NCBI GenBank assembly: GCA_965220085.1
Contig: CBDCOZ010000003.1
Coordinates: 736,001-800,000 of the forward strand
Length of the DNA stretch: 64,000 nt
DNA from: Candidatus Oxydemutatoraceae bacterium
GTDB taxonomy: Bacteria > Pseudomonadota > Gammaproteobacteria > Poriferisulfidales > Oxydemutatoraceae
Direction of reading: 5' to 3'
In this document: piece by piece, positions 61,546-64,000 of the stretch
How positions within the stretch are numbered: the stretch's first letter is position 1
Layout: each line of letters starts with the position of its first letter
Notes under the pieces: model-generated
Seen by the model: only the letters and a program-made list of their open reading frames with translations
Databases searched by the model: none
Told to the model about the DNA's origin: nothing
Made by a program: the position numbers and the translations under genes

Positions 61546-61745
61546 GGCGGCGCCGAACTTTGGCGCCGCCCTTTTTAAGCGTCTCCGGCGGCGCCGAACT
61601 TTGGCGCCGTCTTTTGGGTTGTCTCTTCTGGTGGCACCGAACTCCGGTGCCGCCTTTTTTGGTTGTCCCCTCCGATGGCACCCGAACTCCGGTGCCGCCC
61701 TTTTTAAGCGTCTCTGGTGGCACCGAACTCCGGTGCTACCTTTTT
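61546..61745 (+). terminator. Five tandem GC hairpin plus T-run terminators
   Basis: gg[c/t]ggc[g/a]ccgaact..gg[c/t]gcc+tttt at 61546, 61587, 61630, 61674, 61716. Confidence 0.75.
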
Positions 61746-61950
61746 AGGGCCTTTCAGACTTGACTCCGCCCGGCAACAACGGAAGTTGTTGTAAAACGGC
61801 GACATTTCATCGCTATTTTGACGATGGTCATAGCGGCGAGGGCAGCAATACCGCTGTGCCGCGATACCCCTAAACCCGCACCATAGCGCGAATTCCCGCC
61901 AGCGGAGAAGGGGAGCACCGGGGGGTGTGCGAGGGGTGAGACAGATACGC

Positions 61951-62230
61951 TTGCAAATGATCGAATGTATGGTATAGTGCGACACTAAGCGTTATATGTA
62001 CGCAAACAACTCAAGAAGTCACAAATAAAAATATCATTTGTGCCTCATTAAAAGTTGTTTGTGTACATTAAACAATCCACAAACAATGGAGTTGTTTGTG
62101 TACATATAACGTATAATTGAATTTTCTAAACATAGGAGATACAAACATTTGCAGATGACTTGCATTTTGTGGCAGGGCACACAGCAGTAAACAATCACAA
62201 ACAACGGAGTTGTTTGTGTGCATATGCCGC
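61951..62230 (+). promoter_or_regulatory. Tail-family leader: TTGCAA-16-TATAGT plus CACAAAC/GTTTGTG array
   Basis: Homologous to the other leaders; cacaaacaa.ggagttgtttgtg occurs twice (about 62078 and 62196). Confidence 0.6.
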
Positions 62231-62268
62231 ACAACTGTATTCGCTAGAAACAGGAAATACGAACCATT

Positions 62269-63161
62269 ATGAATAATTACATGAATATAAATATATCTAA
62301 TACCCCCCCCCCCCCCCCCCCCCCCCCCCGCATTGGCGGACAGCACTAACTCGGCTTAGTCTCCGGTCACTTATCCTGCCGGCCCTGTCTCTGGCATTGG
62401 GCGCAACCCATGTTTGGGCCCAGACGAGCAAGAGTGTTAATGCCCCTGTTGGCGGCGGCACATATTATTTCACCGCCGCAGATTTCGGATTCTCCTCAGG
62501 TGTCATCGTGTTTGAGTCGTTGCCCGCTCGTGGCAACTTCCAGCGATACAGTAACGGAAATCCCGCGGCTATCATTCCAGGGATTATCGACGACCACCAA
62601 GCCACCCATTTCTTTGCCGACGCCTTTGGCGGTGCCGGCTCCGACGACAGGTTGGAGTACAGGACTCCTGCCGATGCTGTTTCCATCGCCACTGGCTATA
62701 CCAGCTTTATCTACCAACATTCTGCTGACGGTGGTATCACCCGCACCATGTTCACCATGACCATCAACCTGGCGGGGGCATCCACGCCGACGGCCGCCAG
62801 CGGTGCGCCCACAATTGCCGCCACAGACACGCACCGGATTAGAGCTTCCATCACCGGTGTGACGGACCGCAACGGCATTGATGTCGGCACCCTGAGTTGG
62901 CAGTGGCAACAGGCCGCCGCACCTGCCAGCGGTGTTCCTGAAACCGATGACTATGACGACATAGAGGATGCTACTTCCTCCCTCTTCGCACCGACTGCCG
63001 CCCAACTGAGCAGGTATGTGCGCACCTGCGTTTCTTTCAAGGATCAGTCTCCCACGCCCGCATCGGAAGGGCCGCTGTGTAGCGCCGGCCTTCGGGTGAC
63101 AGAGTTGCCGTCTGAGATACGCTTGCGGTTGCGCCTCTTCCTGGAGGGCCCCCTGCGATGA
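62269..63161 (+). CDS. Secreted Ig/cadherin-like protein with LRLRLFLEGPLR tail; frameshifted in poly-C (C27, 62303-62329), putative phase-OFF
   Basis: ATG 62269/62281 frame stops after the tract. The frame of ORF 62397 gives PHWRTALTRLSLRSLILPALSLALGATHVWAQ. Confidence 0.75.
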
Positions 63162-64000
63162 TGCGAGTACTCCGCCCCTTCCCGCATTGGCGGACAGCAC
63201 TAACTCGGCTTAGTCTCCGGTCACTTATCCTGCCGGCGCTGTGTCTGGCATTGGGCGCAACTTATGTTTGGGCCCAGGCGACAGATCAGAGCATTGATGT
63301 CCCGATAGGCGGCAACGCCTATACCATCACGGCTGCCGACTTTGGCTTTGATGATATCACTGCCGGAAGCGCCCTTACGATCATGACGGTCGGGTCTTTG
63401 CCTGCTCTCGGCAACTTACAGCGATACACAGGTGGGAATCCTGCGAATCTGCGTTTGGCTTCTGACCCAAATGCAAGTACTTTCTTTGAAACAGGTCTTG
63501 GCGGTCTTGACGGCGCCGGCTCCGACGACAGGTTGGATTATACGCCTCCTGCCGATGCTGTTTCCGTTGCCGCCGGCTATGCCAGCTTTGCCTTTCATAT
63601 TTCCACCGATGCTATTACCGATACGATGGCCACCATGACCATCAACCTGGTGGGGGCATCCACGCCGACGACCGCCACCGGTGCGCCCACAATCTTCGCC
63701 ACGGACACGCACCAAATCAGAGCTTCCATCACCGGTGTGACGGACCTCAACGGCATTGATGTCGGCACCCTGAGTTGGCAGTGGCAACAGGCCGATGCCC
63801 CCGTCAGTGGCGTTCCCGAAACCGGTGATTACATCGACATAAAGGATGCTACTTCTTCCTCCCTCTTCGCACCGACTGCCGCCCAACTGAGCAGGTATGT
63901 GCGCACCTGCGTTTCTTTCAAGGATCAGTCTCCCACGCCCGCATCGGAAGGGCCGCTGTGTAGCATCGGCATTCTGGTGACAGAGTTGCCGTCTGAGATA
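63158..64000 (+). CDS. Paralog of the preceding gene, runs off window just before the expected tail
   Basis: ATGA overlap with the upstream stop; MMRVLRPFPHWRTALTRLSLRSLIL...YVWAQ; ends ...VTELPSEI as the upstream gene does before RLRLRLFLEGPLR. Confidence 0.8.
   Translation, partial: MMRVLRPFPHWRTALTRLSLRSLILPALCLALGATYVWAQATDQSIDVPIGGNAYTITAADFGFDDITAGSALTIMTVGSLPALGNLQRYTGGNPANLRLASDPNASTFFETGLGGLDGAGSDDRLDYTPPADAVSVAAGYASFAFHISTDAITDTMATMTINLVGASTPTTATGAPTIFATDTHQIRASITGVTDLNGIDVGTLSWQWQQADAPVSGVPETGDYIDIKDATSSSLFAPTAAQLSRYVRTCVSFKDQSPTPASEGPLCSIGILVTELPSEI

Overview
A GC-rich bacterial chromosome segment, probably gammaproteobacterial judging by gene content. The core blocks are glyA-nrdR-ribD-ribE-ftsB-ispD-ispF-yoaA-tsaB, yccA, pntAB, rimP-nusA-infB-rbfA-truB and hisC-tyrA-aroA-cmk-rpsA-ihfB-lapB-comEA. 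Three accessory layers are superimposed. (1) A dispersed family of at least 12 secreted proteins with three unrelated passenger types (Ig/cadherin-like, Cys-rich, PPC-repeat). All carry a Sec-type signal peptide; the 11 with a complete 3' end share a near-invariant C-terminal peptide LRLRLFLEGPLR-stop. Five cluster-leading genes have a 12-27 nt poly-C tract early in the signal-peptide region (4 of 5 out of frame as assembled), and four of these sit behind a shared promoter and a CACAAAC/GTTTGTG-array leader. This is a candidate undescribed C-terminal sorting/docking system with phase variation. (2) An AT-rich defence/metal island (arsC, copAB, GmrSD-like, IS481) in which copies of tRNA-Ser(TGA) delimit two type II R-M cassettes. 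Their methyltransferases are fused to intact LexA repressors and have LexA-box-like and C-box-like operators. (3) Many local tandem amplifications: pntA promoter x4, pntA 3' membrane module x5 extra, tRNA promoter x6, terminator x5, a 66-bp unit x6 and a NusA acidic tail. All calls come from reading the sequence and recalled family motifs; no database searches were run.
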